Positions 13,525-26,480 of a stretch of 64,000 nucleotides of DNA are shown here, in pieces. The stretch spans positions 79,546,001 to 79,610,000 of the forward strand of contig OZ024740.1 in the NCBI GenBank assembly GCA_964016885.1, in the 5' to 3' direction. The notes below the pieces were generated by a model that saw only the letters and a list, made by a program, of their open reading frames with translations, searched no databases and was not told the DNA's origin. This DNA comes from Eledone cirrhosa (Eukaryota). The position numbers and the translations under genes are program-made. Numbering within the stretch: position 1 is the stretch's first letter; each line of letters opens with the position of its first letter.

Positions 13525-13822
13525 CTCTTAGGTCCTAAATGATAGGGAGAGAGGGTTGGAAAATCGGTAATTTCTAGGTTACTCTGTTAATTAAAAAAAA
13601 AACAGAATTAGTCGTTTAGCTTACATATTAAGGACCCCAATCTATTCTATTTATTTCATAACGTATGGGATTTCTACTAATGTACTTGTTTTGTCATGTA
13701 TAATGGTTTTTAATATCTAAAGAAAATTGTCACAGGAATGCTGCCACTTAAAATAAAATTTCACCGAAGTTAGATTAGCAAAATTTAAAAAGCAGGGGGC
13801 AGGATTATCCAAGACCCAAAAG
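13525..13822 (+). mobile_element. TA-flanked MITE family M, copy A (empty)
   Basis: TA|CTCTTAGGTCCTAAAT...ATTATCCAAGACCCAAAAG|TA; internal CAGAATTAGTCGTTTAG...CATATT...CCCCAA...CGTATGGGATTTCTA...AAAATTTC shared with copies B-E. Confidence 0.75.
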
Positions 13823-13834
13823 TACACTGTCTTA

Positions 13835-14042
13835 ATAATGGTTTCTTATATAGGCACAAGGCCAACAATTTTGGGGGAGGGGAAAGTCGATTAAATCGAC
13901 CCCAGTGCGTGACTAGTACTTTATTTTATCGACCCTGTAAGGATGAAAGACAAGGTTAACCTCGGTGGGATTTGATCTTGGATCATAAAGGGCTGTAACT
14001 CTGTTGCCCGACGCCCTACCGATGCTGCCAATCTGCTGCCCT
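13835..14042 (-). mobile_element. tRNA-derived SINE family A (Meta-domain-like core)
   Basis: B-box-like head plus core GCCTTTCATCCTTACGGGGTCGATAAAATAAAGTACCAG. Other copies at ~14310-14460, 28450-28590, 35500-35670, 36381-36565, 43445-43730 and 48435-48870. The Meta-domain name is from memory. Confidence 0.7.
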
Positions 14043-15894
14043 ATACTAATAGATGGGATATTCGTGGCTGGGGTTTCAATTGGCTGATTTGAAGCTAAAC
14101 AATATCCTACATACAACTAAGACACTTTATTGAGAATTACAATTTTCAATAATAATGAACATAAAGCTGGAGAATATATTTAGATGGAAACATGACAACC
14201 TTATTTTCAACAGCTCCAAGTCACAATCACTGCACATACTGAGAGTATTCAAAATGAAATAAATTTCACAGAACATTTTGCTATAAAACACTGAAAGGTT
14301 CTACAAATAATTGTTTCTACTTTTGGCACATGGCCAGCAATTATCCCAGTGTATTACTGGTGCTTTATTTTATGAACCCCCGTAAGGATGAAAGGCAAAG
14401 TTAACTTAGGCGGATTGGAAAGCAGACCGTAAAGGGCCGTAACTCTATGCTGCAAAGCATACAAATAATAAACCCTCACAATCATTGTTCTCTTATGATG
14501 ATCATACATGATGTGTGCCAAAACTGACTTTGACAACTGTGGCCAGCACTGTGAACTAAATTGAACTAAAGAAGACTACTACTGCCCTATTGTGTCCAAG
14601 TGTCAGGACATCTAGATATCAATTGCACTGTGCCCATCCCGTCTCTTTCCCTGTACATGCACCATCACTTGTGTGGATTGGGGTTGCAAAGGTCATGCAT
14701 TAGAGATGTTTCTTCCTTCTGCAAATATAATGTAATAATATATAAAAAAAAGCCAGTGTGGGGAATCTCTGTACAAACTGTTGTTATGGCAACAGGCAAA
14801 ACCTGTTGCTATCACAAAGCCATATTTGATGTATGTTTTCAGTTGGCAAGATATTGTTGCAATTAGTTTAAGTGGCTGTCAAATGATGCTGGTGCTGTCG
14901 TCACACTCACTTATTTCACTCTGTTATTGTTTTATATTCCAAGCTCTTGAAGCGATATTTAAACCACCTTTACCATTAAATATTCTGCCTTCTGTTTTCA
15001 CATTTTAGCATCTACTTCTCCTATTTTAGTACCAATCTGATGATATCACTTTCCTGTCATTAGCTAAAATGATTGCAAAACAATCTGGAAGAATTATTTC
15101 TGAATATTAAGCATATTTTTCTACACTGTAGTAGTAATAGTAGTAATAGTAGTTGTTGTTCTTAACTGAGTGGGTGGACCTCTGATCAAATGAATTCTAG
15201 CCATGACCATCACATCTTATTTCATTTTCGGGTATTATTTTCAGTATCAGAGTATTATTTTGTGTATTTCATTTTTATTTTAAAATTATATAGGAGGTAA
15301 TTTTGAGATTTGGCTGCTATTCATAGTATATTGATCGACCACATAGAGAGGTTTCCTCATTAGCATGTATTCCTTTCTTAGTTGCTGTTGTTTAACTCCA
15401 AATCATTTCTGACCACCCCATCTATTTATTTAGAAGTATTTGGGATTACATTGTATATGACCTTCCATTTTTAAGGCAGTTTGATTTGTGGATATTTGGC
15501 TGCTATGTCTAGTAGCTCAAACAACCACATAGAGGTTTCCTCATTAGGATATTGATTGCTAAAACATTTTAGTGGGGGAGGGAGCAATGGATTATATCAA
15601 CCCAAGTACATGACTGGTACTTTATTTTATCTAATCTATCCTGGTATGATGAAAAGCAGAGTTGACTTAATTACAGAGCTTGAACAAATGCTGTAAGATA
15701 TTTTGTCCAAACCTCTAACAATTCTGCCAATCCATCATACTGAAGTGATATTTTGCTTTATTGACACTGGCAAGTGAAGTTGACTTTGGAATGATTTGAA
15801 CTCAGAATGTAAAGAGTTAGAACAAACATGAGGTATTTTATCTGATGCTCTAACAACTTAATTCAGTCCCCTGCCTTTCATCACTTATGAACAA

Positions 15895-16392
15895 GACATT
15901 CGGTATTCAGAAAAGGGGTAGTAGGTGTAAAAACCAAACTCGCTATCTTCAATTCAATAGTCATGCCAACCCATACCTATGGTCATGAATCTTGGGTAAT
16001 GACTAAAAGAATACAATGGCAAACACAAGCAGCTGAAATGAGGTTCCTCTAAGGTTCTTCAGAGTAATGTTACTCGATAGTGTGTGTAGCTTGGAGATCA
16101 GAGAGTCACTCCAGGTAGAGCCACTGCTTCTCCAAATTGAGGGATCACAGCTCCAATACTTTGGGTATGTGGTTAGAATGTTTCAGGAAAGAATCACTGG
16201 ACATATTTTATTGGCATGCGATCCAGGGGTAGACCCTGAGCAAGATGGTTGGATAACATCCATGAGCTTGGCTGGTTTCACTTAGGGATCTAACTGGATC
16301 AGTTGGAGATGGTTGGTTCTGACAGGACTCGCTGGAAGGAGTGCTTGAGGAATACCTCCACAACCCTCACAGGAATAAGTGGGCGAAGAAGC
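15895..16392 (+). mobile_element. (GAA)n-tailed RTE LINE 3' fragment, degraded
   Basis: EIRESLQVEPLLL...QLQYFGYVVRM; homologous to 47249-47743. Confidence 0.8.
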
Positions 16393-17657
16393 TCTAACAA
16401 CTCTTACATTCCAGTGCCATCCACATTTTTTATATTAACAGTGGGTGTCATCTTGTCTTACAAACTGTATCTCTCAGTAAAAGTTACTAAATATTACTAT
16501 TAATCAGGTTTATTTTTAGTATATTAACTGTTTGCTCAGTTCTTCATCAGACTTTTTTTTTAATTACTTTTTAATATGCCCTGATAACATTTTTTCGCTT
16601 TTTTTTTTTTTTATCGTGAAAATTTATTTTATCTTGCCTGGTTAGGGAGGAAGAGAGAGATTATTTTTTATTCTGATATAAAATATGTTTAAGCATAGTT
16701 TTAGAATATTCTACTCAGCTAACAGGAATTCTATGAAAAATAGTAATTGGTACTGTGAAGAGAATTAATGGGGTTTGATAATTATAATAATGGGAATATA
16801 ATTATTCTTGGTAAGAATTTTATGACTTGATAAACATAAATGCAACATTGTATTAGCCAATGTCCAGCATTCTCTTTCTTGTTCTTGCTAAAATTAACCA
16901 AAATATTAGTCATTGAAATATTAGATTTTGTTTTTATTGTTTATAAGTGCCAGATTTAAAAAATAACTACTTTGGTCGATATAATTGACTAAATCTCCCC
17001 ACCATGGCCAGTCTGATGACTGAAACCAATAAAAGAATAAATCAGGAGAACAAGCAGGGTGCATGACCCTATTTAGGGGTCTCTAAGGTTGGAGGGAGGA
17101 AGGTATCCTGAAACTGGAATCTTGGCCTAAATGCTTACAACCAACTGTGGTGGGTGAGACTGGGTGATAGATTAAGTAATCTTTTTTTACCCAATATATT
17201 TCAACATATTTCAGGACCACCACCCGCTATTCAAATGCAAAGCAAAAACAAATTGTGTTTTCCTTAACTGGTCCAAATCATTTGGACTAGGAAAAAGAAC
17301 ATCATTTTTGTTTTGTATTTGAAAAGGGTATTAACCCTGAAATATTATATTGAAATATTCTGGATGAAAAAAAGTTGCTTTGTTTTGTTTCATTTGTCAT
17401 CCTTTGCCCTTTATATAGTCCTACCACATTATACTGGCTTTCTAAAGCACTTACACATCAATTATTATTATCATACACACGCACACACATGCACGCACGC
17501 ATGCGCGAAGGCATTGCAAAGGAAATCAATAGTGCGGAGACTGAGGATACCTGAGGTTTCAATGGCAGCCAGTACACAAAAAGGAAGCAGACAGTCAAGC
17601 CCCAAGACCTGTTTTTAACAGCAATAATATATGTAATTTTTTTTCTTTTGTTTTCAG

Positions 17658-17801
17658 TTTGGTTCAAGGCTGTTCAAGCACTGATAGCCCTTGCAGCATT
17701 CTTCAGTTTAATGGCTCTCATCTTAGGACTCAGTTCCCTCTGTTGCTTCTGCAAAAGCTGTAGCTTACACCGAGCTGCCAGTGGACTCATGAACTTCTGC
17801 T
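17658..17801 (+). CDS. PMP22/EMP/claudin-superfamily tetraspan protein, penultimate coding exon
   Basis: TTTTGTTTTCAG acceptor, GTGAGT donor at 17802; 144 bp, phase 1/1; WFKAVQALIALAAFFSLMALILGLSSLCCFCKSCSLHRAASGLMNFC, where W..AVQA precedes TM2 in this family. Confidence 0.85.
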
Positions 17802-18028
17802 GTGAGTATTTCATATACACTTTCATTCTTTAGCCTAGTTTGTTTCAGAATTGTCTATCTTTCTCTGTCTTTCTGTCTTTGTCTGTCTCTCTCTCTCTCT
17901 CTCATGCATGCTTGTTTTGCTTTTTCATCTTTTTAAAAAGAATGTTTTATATATTTAAAAAGAATGCTTCTATATTTCATTATGTATATATATCTCTCTT
18001 AACAATATCCTCTTTGCTCTATTTCCAG

Positions 18029-18228
18029 TCCTGCTCATGTTATCTGCAATCTGTACATTCGGTGCAATGTGTCACATGAACCACGATGTGACAATAATGC
18101 AAGACACCATCACTGACATCACCTTTGGTTGGAGTTTCTGGATTGCAGTTGGTGCTACTGGTATGGCACTCCTCAGCAGTTTACTCTACTGTGGCATCAG
18201 CTGCTCTGATTCTGAAAGATCCATCTAA
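18029..18228 (+). CDS. PMP22/EMP/claudin-superfamily tetraspan protein, last coding exon
   Basis: CTATTTCCAG acceptor; splices in frame (T|TC = Phe); LLMLSAICTFG...FGWSFWIAVGATGMALLSSLLYC...SI* with the family GWSF motif before TM4. N-terminal exons not found in the window. Confidence 0.85.
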
Positions 18229-18644
18229 GCACCCGCAACCTGAACGAGGCAGAATTATGGTTTGGTACAACTTTTAACCCACATCAACTGTAAACTACCT
18301 AGCATTGTCACCAAGTACCAGTCTGTTTCTTCTGCCATTGTCTATTGTTGACTTCTGGTCATGAGAATTCTAAACCCCCTCCTTCCCCTGCTCCGTCTCC
18401 TGAGTTTTCTATACTCTTATATTCATCTTGTATTTTAATTGGTAATCTTGGTATATGTGCCTGCTGCCATTTATGTATGGATCATCATACACCTGTAATT
18501 CTGTACTTCTATTTTTTTGTTGAAATACATGAAAGTACCATATCTCGCTGATACCTCATCAGATGGTGTTACTACTAATCTTGCATTAGTAGTGTATTAT
18601 GTACCACTATACCTTTTATCAGTGATGTGTGTACAGTACTACAC

Positions 18645-19339
18645 CTTGCATTAGTGGTTGTATATACCACTGTACCTTGTTAGTGGTGTGTATATACCAC
18701 TGTACCTTGCATTAGTGGTGTGTATATACCACTGTACCTTGTTAGTGGTGTGTATATACCACTGTACCTTGCATTAGTGGTTGTATATACCACTGTACCT
18801 TGCATTAGTGGTGTGTATATACCACTGTACCTTGTTAGTGGTGTGTATATACCACTGTACCTTGCATTAGTGGTTGTATATACCACTGTACCTTGCATTA
18901 GTGGTGTGTATATACCACTGTACCTTGTTAGTGGTGTGTATATACCACTGTACCTTGCATTAGTGGTTGTATATACCACTGTACCTTGCATTAGTGGTGT
19001 GTATATACCACTGTACCTTGTTAGTGGTGTGTATATACCACTGTACCTTGTTAGTGGTGTGTATATACCACTGTACCTTGTTAGTGGTGTGTATATACCA
19101 CTGTACCTTGCATTAGTGGTTGTATATACCACTGTACCTTGCATTAGTGGTGTGTATATACCACTGTACCTTGTTAGTGGTGTATATACCATTGTACCAT
19201 TGCATTAGTGGTGTGTATATACCACTGTACCTTGCATTAGTGGTGTGTATATACCACTGTACCTTGCATTAGTGGTGTGTATATACCACTGTACCTTGCA
19301 TTAGTGGTGTGTATATACCACTGTACCTTGCATTAGTGG
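18645..19339. repeat. 30-32 bp quasi-palindromic minisatellite downstream of the stop codon
   Basis: Unit TAGTGGTGTGTATATACCACTGTACCTTG(CA)T; 30/31/32-bp variants partly arranged as 93-bp trimers. Confidence 0.95.
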
Positions 19340-20435
19340 GGCATACTGTCAACCCTGTCAAAAGTCAGCCATTATAATGTGAAGTCTTAAAGGTAACTTG
19401 ATTGTTTCAACTAGTGAAGAATTGTACAGTTCTGTAGAACTCCACCTTTCAGTGGGTGAAAGCCTCAACATTCAGCTTACATATTGGCTTACTATGGCTT
19501 TTATATCAAGGTATGTGTGTATGTATGTATGTATGTATATGTGCATGTATTGTTAATGTTTGTATGTGTGTGTATATATATGCATGTGTGTAAACATCCA
19601 GTTTTTAATATGTCTATATCTATCTATAGATATATATATAGAGAGAGAGAGAGAGAACGAGAGTTAAGGAATCAAAGAGCATGACTGTGTAGCATTAGTA
19701 AATGTAAATTTCAAATAAGAAACTGGATAAGACGAGCAAACTTTTCTGTTCATCAGTTACATGTACTGGTCTGCCCCATTTTTGTTATAGTGCGACAGGA
19801 AGGTTTTTGTCTCTTTCAATTTGAAATATATATAATATATATGTAGGTGTGCATGTAATAAATGTATTGTGTGTGTGTGTGTACCCATTAGAATAAATGT
19901 CATTACAATATTAACTGGCCATAATAGATTCTATATTTCAATATGCTAACATGCTACCATAAATGTTGTTTTTTTTTTATTCATCTCTTAAAGAAGAACG
20001 GCAACAAATATCAAACTTTTTTTCTATAATGTGGAATGAAATATTTAACTTGCATGAACTATGGGAAGATTTACCATTATACTGCTGTTACTGATGGAAA
20101 AAAAAAAAAAATGAAAGAAATAAAAACAACTAAAAAACACATTTGTTTATTGGCATCAGCTACTGTACTCTTTGTGGGAGATGTAACTGACTTTATCAGA
20201 AAACATGAACTCTGATAACTATACACCCTGAACAGTTTTTCATTGTGCAGCTTGTTAAATCATGTTTTTCAGTGGAACATAAATGCCTTTATATTTACCA
20301 AAATATCAAACCTTAATCTTTTTGAAGTATGCGCGTGTGATTGCAATGAGTGCATGTAATATATATATAAATATATATATACGTGTGTGTGTACATATAT
20401 ATATATATACATACGTATACATGTGTGTGTGTATG

Positions 20436-20467
<32 letters not shown>

Positions 20468-20542
20468 CACAAACATGTATAGGGCTCTTATCTGGTGGTC
20501 GTGGAATAACTCATGGTTAAAACATCGTTGTATAAATAGATT

Positions 20543-20674
20543 TATTCGTGTTCTAAATGTATGTCCACGATGTTTCATCCCAGTGTGTATTTGCTAAGCT
20601 TCATCCTTCTCTGATGAAGCTTAGCAATACAGGCTTTGCTGAAACATTGTGGCCACATTGTAAAAATACGAATA
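20543..20674. repeat. Imperfect inverted repeat with a degenerate hammerhead-like core
   Basis: TTGCTAAGCTTCATC / GATGAAGCTTAGCAA around a 7-nt spacer, extended by CCACGATGTTTCA / TGAAACATTGTGG; CTGATGA at 20611 and GAAAC at 20641. Confidence 0.65.
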
Positions 20675-22435
20675 TATATACACACATACATACATATATA
20701 TATGTATATATACATACATACACACATATATATATATAGGGGGTTGGGGTGAAGCCAATATTTTCCCTTTTTATTCATAAATTTAAGTTTCTGTTTATGA
20801 ATATAAAATTTAAATTTTTTTGAAAAATTGTGGAATTATCTTTTTCTTAATCTCAAATCTCTTTAACTGGAAATGCTGAAATATTAAAAGCTGCCTGAAA
20901 TATATAAAAATGATTTATAAAATCAGAGCTTCAGTTGTTTGTAAACTGGTTTGTTGGCAGTGAGCCTTTTTCTCTTATCTCTCCCTTCATCATATTTTTC
21001 TACTTTAATTCAAGTGTGTATGAGTCTCATTGGAACACTATTTTCCTGCTGTGTGAGTGCTTCTATACAGTAAACAATTCTCAATTACACAAAGCCGTCA
21101 CAAGTCGACTTTGATTTCCAATGGAAGCTTTTTTTTTTCAACTTACATTGCTGATATTTGGAGAAAAGGTATGTGGTAGACTTAATCCATTACCTGGTTT
21201 AACACCACCACCTGAACTTCGGGTGCATTTAACAGTCCACTCTGTTGCAGGTATTTGGGCCAGGTCTCCAGTTTGAGGATAATTTCCTTCAATACCTCCC
21301 TCCCTTTCAATAGTCTAAGGCCCCTGGAAAGGGTCAAGGGCATTGTTCTTCCTTTCCTGATTAAAACAGTAAAAACAAAAAACACTATTATATATGTATA
21401 TATATATATGTGTATTATACATGTATGTATGTATATATGTATGTGTATATATGTATATATCTATTTATGTATGTATGTGTATATATATATGTATGTGTAT
21501 GTGTGTGTGTGTATATATAATATAAAGAACAAATTCCCTTCACTCTAAATTTGGGGTTGTGTGTGCCTAATCCTGGAAAAGGATTTAAGTTTCTCCACAA
21601 TATGCAAAATATATTGGCTAATATTTTTTAAATAGTTGAATGTTTTACTATATCCTTGTTTTATGCAATTGGATTGTACCTGGAGATATATATATATACA
21701 TACATAGTTGTCGTAAATATCAACACCTACACATGTGCGTCCATATCTGCGTGTGTATATATATATATATATGATTTATGCCTATTCTATAAAAACTTTA
21801 TACCTGGAATAAACTTTCTGAATATAAATCTTTCTTTGGTCAGTATAAATTTGTTTTGTCAGTGTGTGTGGTTTGTTAAAATTATATATTTTTTCACTTA
21901 GGTCAATTAAGTGGGCATTTTAAAAGATATTTGGGCATCAATTTGCCAGCATGGTCAAATAAATATATTTGCTTTAATATTTGTGCTTATTAAATAGTGG
22001 TTGTTTTTTTTATTTTTTTATTTTTATTTTTTTATTTATTTTTTTTTTTCAATTCACCCGTCTTTGCTCAAAGCAGAAATAATTTCAGTTATTTCTTTAC
22101 TTTCAGAGTTTTCCCTCTAATTTTAAAATTTTAAAAGTTCCTTTTTTTACAGTCTTCCATGTTTATTCCTTTCTTTGTTTTTTTTTTGTTTTTTTTAGTA
22201 TTATTTTGGCTGAAATCATAGATATACATATATATATATATATACACACATGCTAAGATACAGAAACACATATTTTGTGTGTGTGTGTGCGTGCGTGTCT
22301 GTGTATATGTATATACACGTGTGTGTGTGTGTGTGTGTGCATGTGTATATATATATATATATTATTTTATTTTTACCTAACATTATTTTATCCTTTCTTT
22401 CTCCATGTAATTTACTTTTTTATTTTTTTTCACCA

Positions 22436-22441
22436 AATAAA
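22436..22441 (+). promoter_or_regulatory. Candidate polyadenylation signal of the tetraspan gene
   Basis: AATAAA followed by T-rich sequence at the end of a 4 kb TE-poor, T-rich tract; other AATAAA sites exist upstream. Confidence 0.3.
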
Positions 22442-22584
22442 AGTTTTGACCAAATTCAATTTTGTACTTTCTCCAGTTAATCTTTATCTTTGCTTGTGAG
22501 TATCCCCACTCTCCCAGTCATTTCTAGCGTCACACCTGAATAGTGGAGTTTCCATTCTCCATCCAAATCTACAGTATCAGAGCC

Positions 22585-23400
22585 ACGGAACTTTGTTGAG
22601 GAAACCTTGACTATATCTAGCCTCCTTCACTAGTTGACTAGAATTTGCAGATGATATAGTGTTACTTAACTCAACAGGTGATCTTTGATTTATACTCAAT
22701 AGGTTTGATGCCATGTGCTGCATGGCTAGAATGAAAATCACTGCTGTGAAAACTGAGACACTCATCCTCTCAAGGAAGCCTGCGCAGTGCACTCTGTGAA
22801 TGAATTTCCACTGAAGCAGGTAGATGTTCAAGTTCACGAGTGATCGAAGGCAGGAGTTTGAATTAAGTGCAAGAATTGCAGTAATGCGCTAGCTTCAATA
22901 TTCAGTAATCAGAAGGGAGGCAGGCATAAAATCTAAACTCACTATGTTCAATTTGGTTTTTGCGCCAACCCGTAGTTATAGTCATGGATCTTGGGTAATA
23001 ACCGAAAGAATACGAGTGTGATTACAAGTGGCTGAACTGGGGTTCCTTCAAAGGGACATTCAAGTAACGTTACTTGATAAGGTGTGTAGCTTGGAGATCA
23101 GAGTCGCTCCAAGTAGAGCTGCTACTTCACCATATTGAGATATCAGAGCTCCAATACTATGAGCATGTGGTTAGGTCTCAGGAATGAATTGCTGGACATG
23201 TTTTATGGGCAAAACCAACTGGCAGGAGACCCAGAGGTAAACTCCAAGCAAGATGGTTCGTTAACATTCATGAGCTTGGCTGGTCACACTGGAGGATACA
23301 GCAGGATCATTTGGAGACGGTTGCTTCTGACTGGACCTGCTGGAAGGAGTGTTTGTGAAGTCTTCCCCTACAACCCTCAGAAATAAGTGGATGAAGAAGA
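22585..23400 (+). mobile_element. (GAA)n-tailed RTE LINE fragment including the RT FADD motif
   Basis: CTAGAATTTGCAGATGATATAGTGTTACTT = LEFADDIVLL; colinear with the reverse complement of 33737-34520. Confidence 0.8.
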
Positions 23401-23892
23401 TATCAGCCAAATGCTTTGTTAAATCATAAGATTTGTTTACTTTCAACTCTATCTACTAAAAGCTATTATATTTAGTTTCTAATTTGGACAGAAAATGTTG
23501 TTAGATGCCACTTAGCATAATTGTTAATGCGCTTGGCCAGAATTCAAGAGATGGGGTGTTTGATTTTCTCAAGTGGCTACTGGCTTATTTTTCTGTCTTT
23601 AAGGGTTTAATCAATTTTCTAATGCTACTGTAGCGACTTTGTGATTGTATTTCCACAATTTCAAATTTTGATCATCGTTTAACATCCATCTTCCACGCTA
23701 GCATGTGTTGGACGGTTTTGTCCCACTTGAGGCAAGATTGGTCAGGAGACCATGTCTCGCTCATACAGAACTGTTTCTGGCAGGTTTTCTACAGCTGGAT
23801 GCCCTTCCTAATACCAACCACATTTAGTGTGGACTGGAAGCCTTTTTACCATGTCTCCCACAAGACCACTTTACAGTGTGGACTGGGTGCTT

Positions 23893-23923
<31 letters not shown>

Positions 23924-24434
23924 GCAATTTGGAAACACTGAAATACAAACAGCCATTTGTTAGAAAATTGAGTAAACCCTTAGAGACAGGAATATATATA
24001 TGAGTGAAATTGGAGCAGCCAGAGCTATACTGATTATGATTCCGAATCTCATTAGTTTTTACGCCTGTTTTTCCATTCTAGCATGGATTGGATGAGACTT
24101 TTTGAAACAGTATTCTACACCTGAATGCCTTTCTAGATACTAGTCTTTGTTTTTGTATTTTTAAATAAAATACTGATATGCAGGTTATAATGACACATGA
24201 CCATCATCATTGTCAAATGGGAAGCAAAGGCACCGAGACACATACTCACGCATCCACAAATATGTCATATTCAAACTTCAAAGATCTATTGTATGTATAA
24301 ACTGTAGAATTTTCCTCTGAAGCACTTTCACCTGTATATCTTGTTGACACCCATAATCAGTGTAGAATTTCTTTCACCTTTTCTTTATATATATCTAACC
24401 TAGTTTAGCCGACATGCTAAGTAAATATGCTTTG

Positions 24435-24465
24435 CTGATGAGATCTAATAAGATTGAAACTTGTC
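24435..24465 (+). ncRNA. Degenerate minimal hammerhead ribozyme core
   Basis: CTGATGA-gatct aata agatt-GAAA-cttg-TC; stem II and a GUC site are present, stem I is poor. Confidence 0.45.
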
Positions 24466-25376
24466 TGTTGCTTTCACCAAGTTGGCTTATAGACAACATC
24501 TATTCTCATTGTCTTGTTTTAACCTTTAGCATTTAAACCGATCGTATCCAGCCAGAATTCCTTCACATCTTTCTTTTCAAACTGGCTGTAACTCTCCACT
24601 CATACTGATGTTAAAGTATTGTTCTCAAAATAAATAACATCAAAAGCTTCCTGCAAATTCTAGTTCAGGGCTGTTACTCTGTGTAGGGATAGTGCTAAAT
24701 GCAAGAGACTAGGTGGAGAGGAGTTAAAACCAGATTCCTTAGCCAAAAAACAATGTTGTAAATTTGTCTGGGCTGGCAACACTTTTGGTTTAGGGGAGTA
24801 AGTATATTGTTGGCACTAAAATTGAGGTTGTTCAGACCAAGTGATAGAATCATTAAGCTTAGGCTAGTCCTAGATAAGAATGACAATTATCTTTGCATGT
24901 GGACTGGCAGAACTGAAGGACCACGTTTATGAGGCCTCCTTGCAGTCAGCCCCAATAAATAAGTGATCCTGTAATTATGGTTAACAGTTTTAATGAACAT
25001 GTTAGAAAATACTAAGCACTTCCATGGGGTGGGGGAGTGGGATTTGATAAAAAAAAAGAATGAGTGACCAAGGCTATTGAAATTTTGTGTGGCAAATAAT
25101 CATTCTGCAACACAAATTTCAGAAAATTGACCAACCATTTGATCACCTTTAAGTCAGGGAAGCACACAATCCAGATAGATTTTATTCTTACTAGGAATTG
25201 AGATAGACTGATGGTTGTAAACACGCAGTCCCTTCCTGAGGAGTGTATCACTCATCATAACTGGGACTGTTCAACATGTTATGTATATACATATATATTT
25301 ACATATACATGTGTGTGTGTATATATATATATACACACACACTTATATATATTTATATATTATATATATATATATG

Positions 25377-25706
25377 TATTAATAAAAGGAATTCCAACTT
25401 TGTCCGATTTACTCGTTTTATTTACAATCCTTTAAAATTTATAATGGTATTAGAATGAAATAGTATGGTAGAATATTAAATGTTAAGTGTTAATTGAACA
25501 AGTACTTTCATGCTTTTGCAATCTTCAGGTTCATATTGTGTGGTGACAGTCAAGTTTGCAATTTTCAACTGAGATAATTGACTGTCAAATTAACACTTAA
25601 CATTTAATATTCTACAATACTATTTCATTCTAATCCCATTATAAATTTTAAAGGATTGTAAATAAAACGAGTAAATCAGACAAAGTTGGAATTCCTTTTA
25701 TTAATA
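25377..25706. repeat. Fold-back element, ~119-bp arms, probably a Penelope-like pLTR with an inverted copy
   Basis: 25377-25495 is a near-perfect reverse complement of 25588-25706; embedded in (TA)n; hammerhead in the spacer. Confidence 0.85.
25497..25531 (-). ncRNA. Minimal type I hammerhead ribozyme (Penelope-like element type)
   Basis: Minus strand aac-CTGAAGA-ttgc aaaa gcat-GAAA-gtac-TT-gtt: stem I aac/gtt, stem II tgc/gca, palindromic stem III AGTACT, CUU site. Confidence 0.65.
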
Positions 25707-25909
25707 TAATCTTCTATACACAATCATACACACTCGTGTATATTTATCTATATATATATATATGTGTGTGTGTATGTATGTATATATATATATGCATGTG
25801 GCTAGTGTGTTCAGCTCCTGATAGTAAGGTCGTGGCTTTGATTCCTGACAGTGTGTTGTGTTCCTAGGCAAGACACTATTTCATGTTGGTCCAGCCTACT
25901 CAGCTGCCA

Positions 25910-26480
25910 AAGTCTGTTTCTACAGAATATGTGGTGATGGGGAAGAAACAATTAATCACATTATCTCTGGCTGCCCTGTCTTAACCAAAAAAGAATATAT
26001 CTATTAACAAGATAGTTTGGATTTTCATACACTGGCTGTTTTGTCAACTCTATGAAATACCAAGCGTAAAAAGGCAGTACAATCATTTATACACCAGAAA
26101 ATGTGAGAGACTAACAAAGCAACTATTCTCTGGGATATGTGAATACAGACACACAGGAAAATCAAAGCCATCCAACTTGATATTATAGTCAAAGACTAAA
26201 AAGAATAAAGATGTCTTCTAATTGATGTATCAATCCCTACAGATGACACTATAACTACCAAGGAAATGGAGAAAGTATCCAAATATAAATATCTAAAAAT
26301 AGAAACAACCCCAATTTGGATGATGAAAACAGAAACAATCCCTATAATAATGCTTGCTTTGGTAAAAAAAACAAAAAAACACACATACCTAACCGAAACC
26401 CCAGGACTTAGAAATATATAAAATATACGGAAAATAGCACTACTGGGTGCTGCACACATTACGAAGAGTACGCTTATCAT
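25910..26480 (+). mobile_element. R4/Dong-clade non-LTR retrotransposon 3' fragment (CCHC knuckle and RLE endonuclease), degraded
   Basis: YRICGDGEETINHIISGCPVL, TILWDM, DIIVKD, CLLIDVSIP, KEMEKVSKYKYL, ALLGAAHI; many stops and frameshifts. Confidence 0.85.

Noticed and set aside
17215-17325. Candidate upstream exon of the tetraspan gene after TTTCAG (also 12290)
   Set aside because: No TM1 or GLW motif, early stops and no convincing donor.
18680-19208. 170-aa and 162-aa repeat ORFs
   Set aside because: Open only because 30- and 93-bp periods are multiples of three.
25797-26480. Chimeric SINE-head plus Dong 3' end as a new element
   Set aside because: Single instance without shared TSD; a nested insertion explains it.
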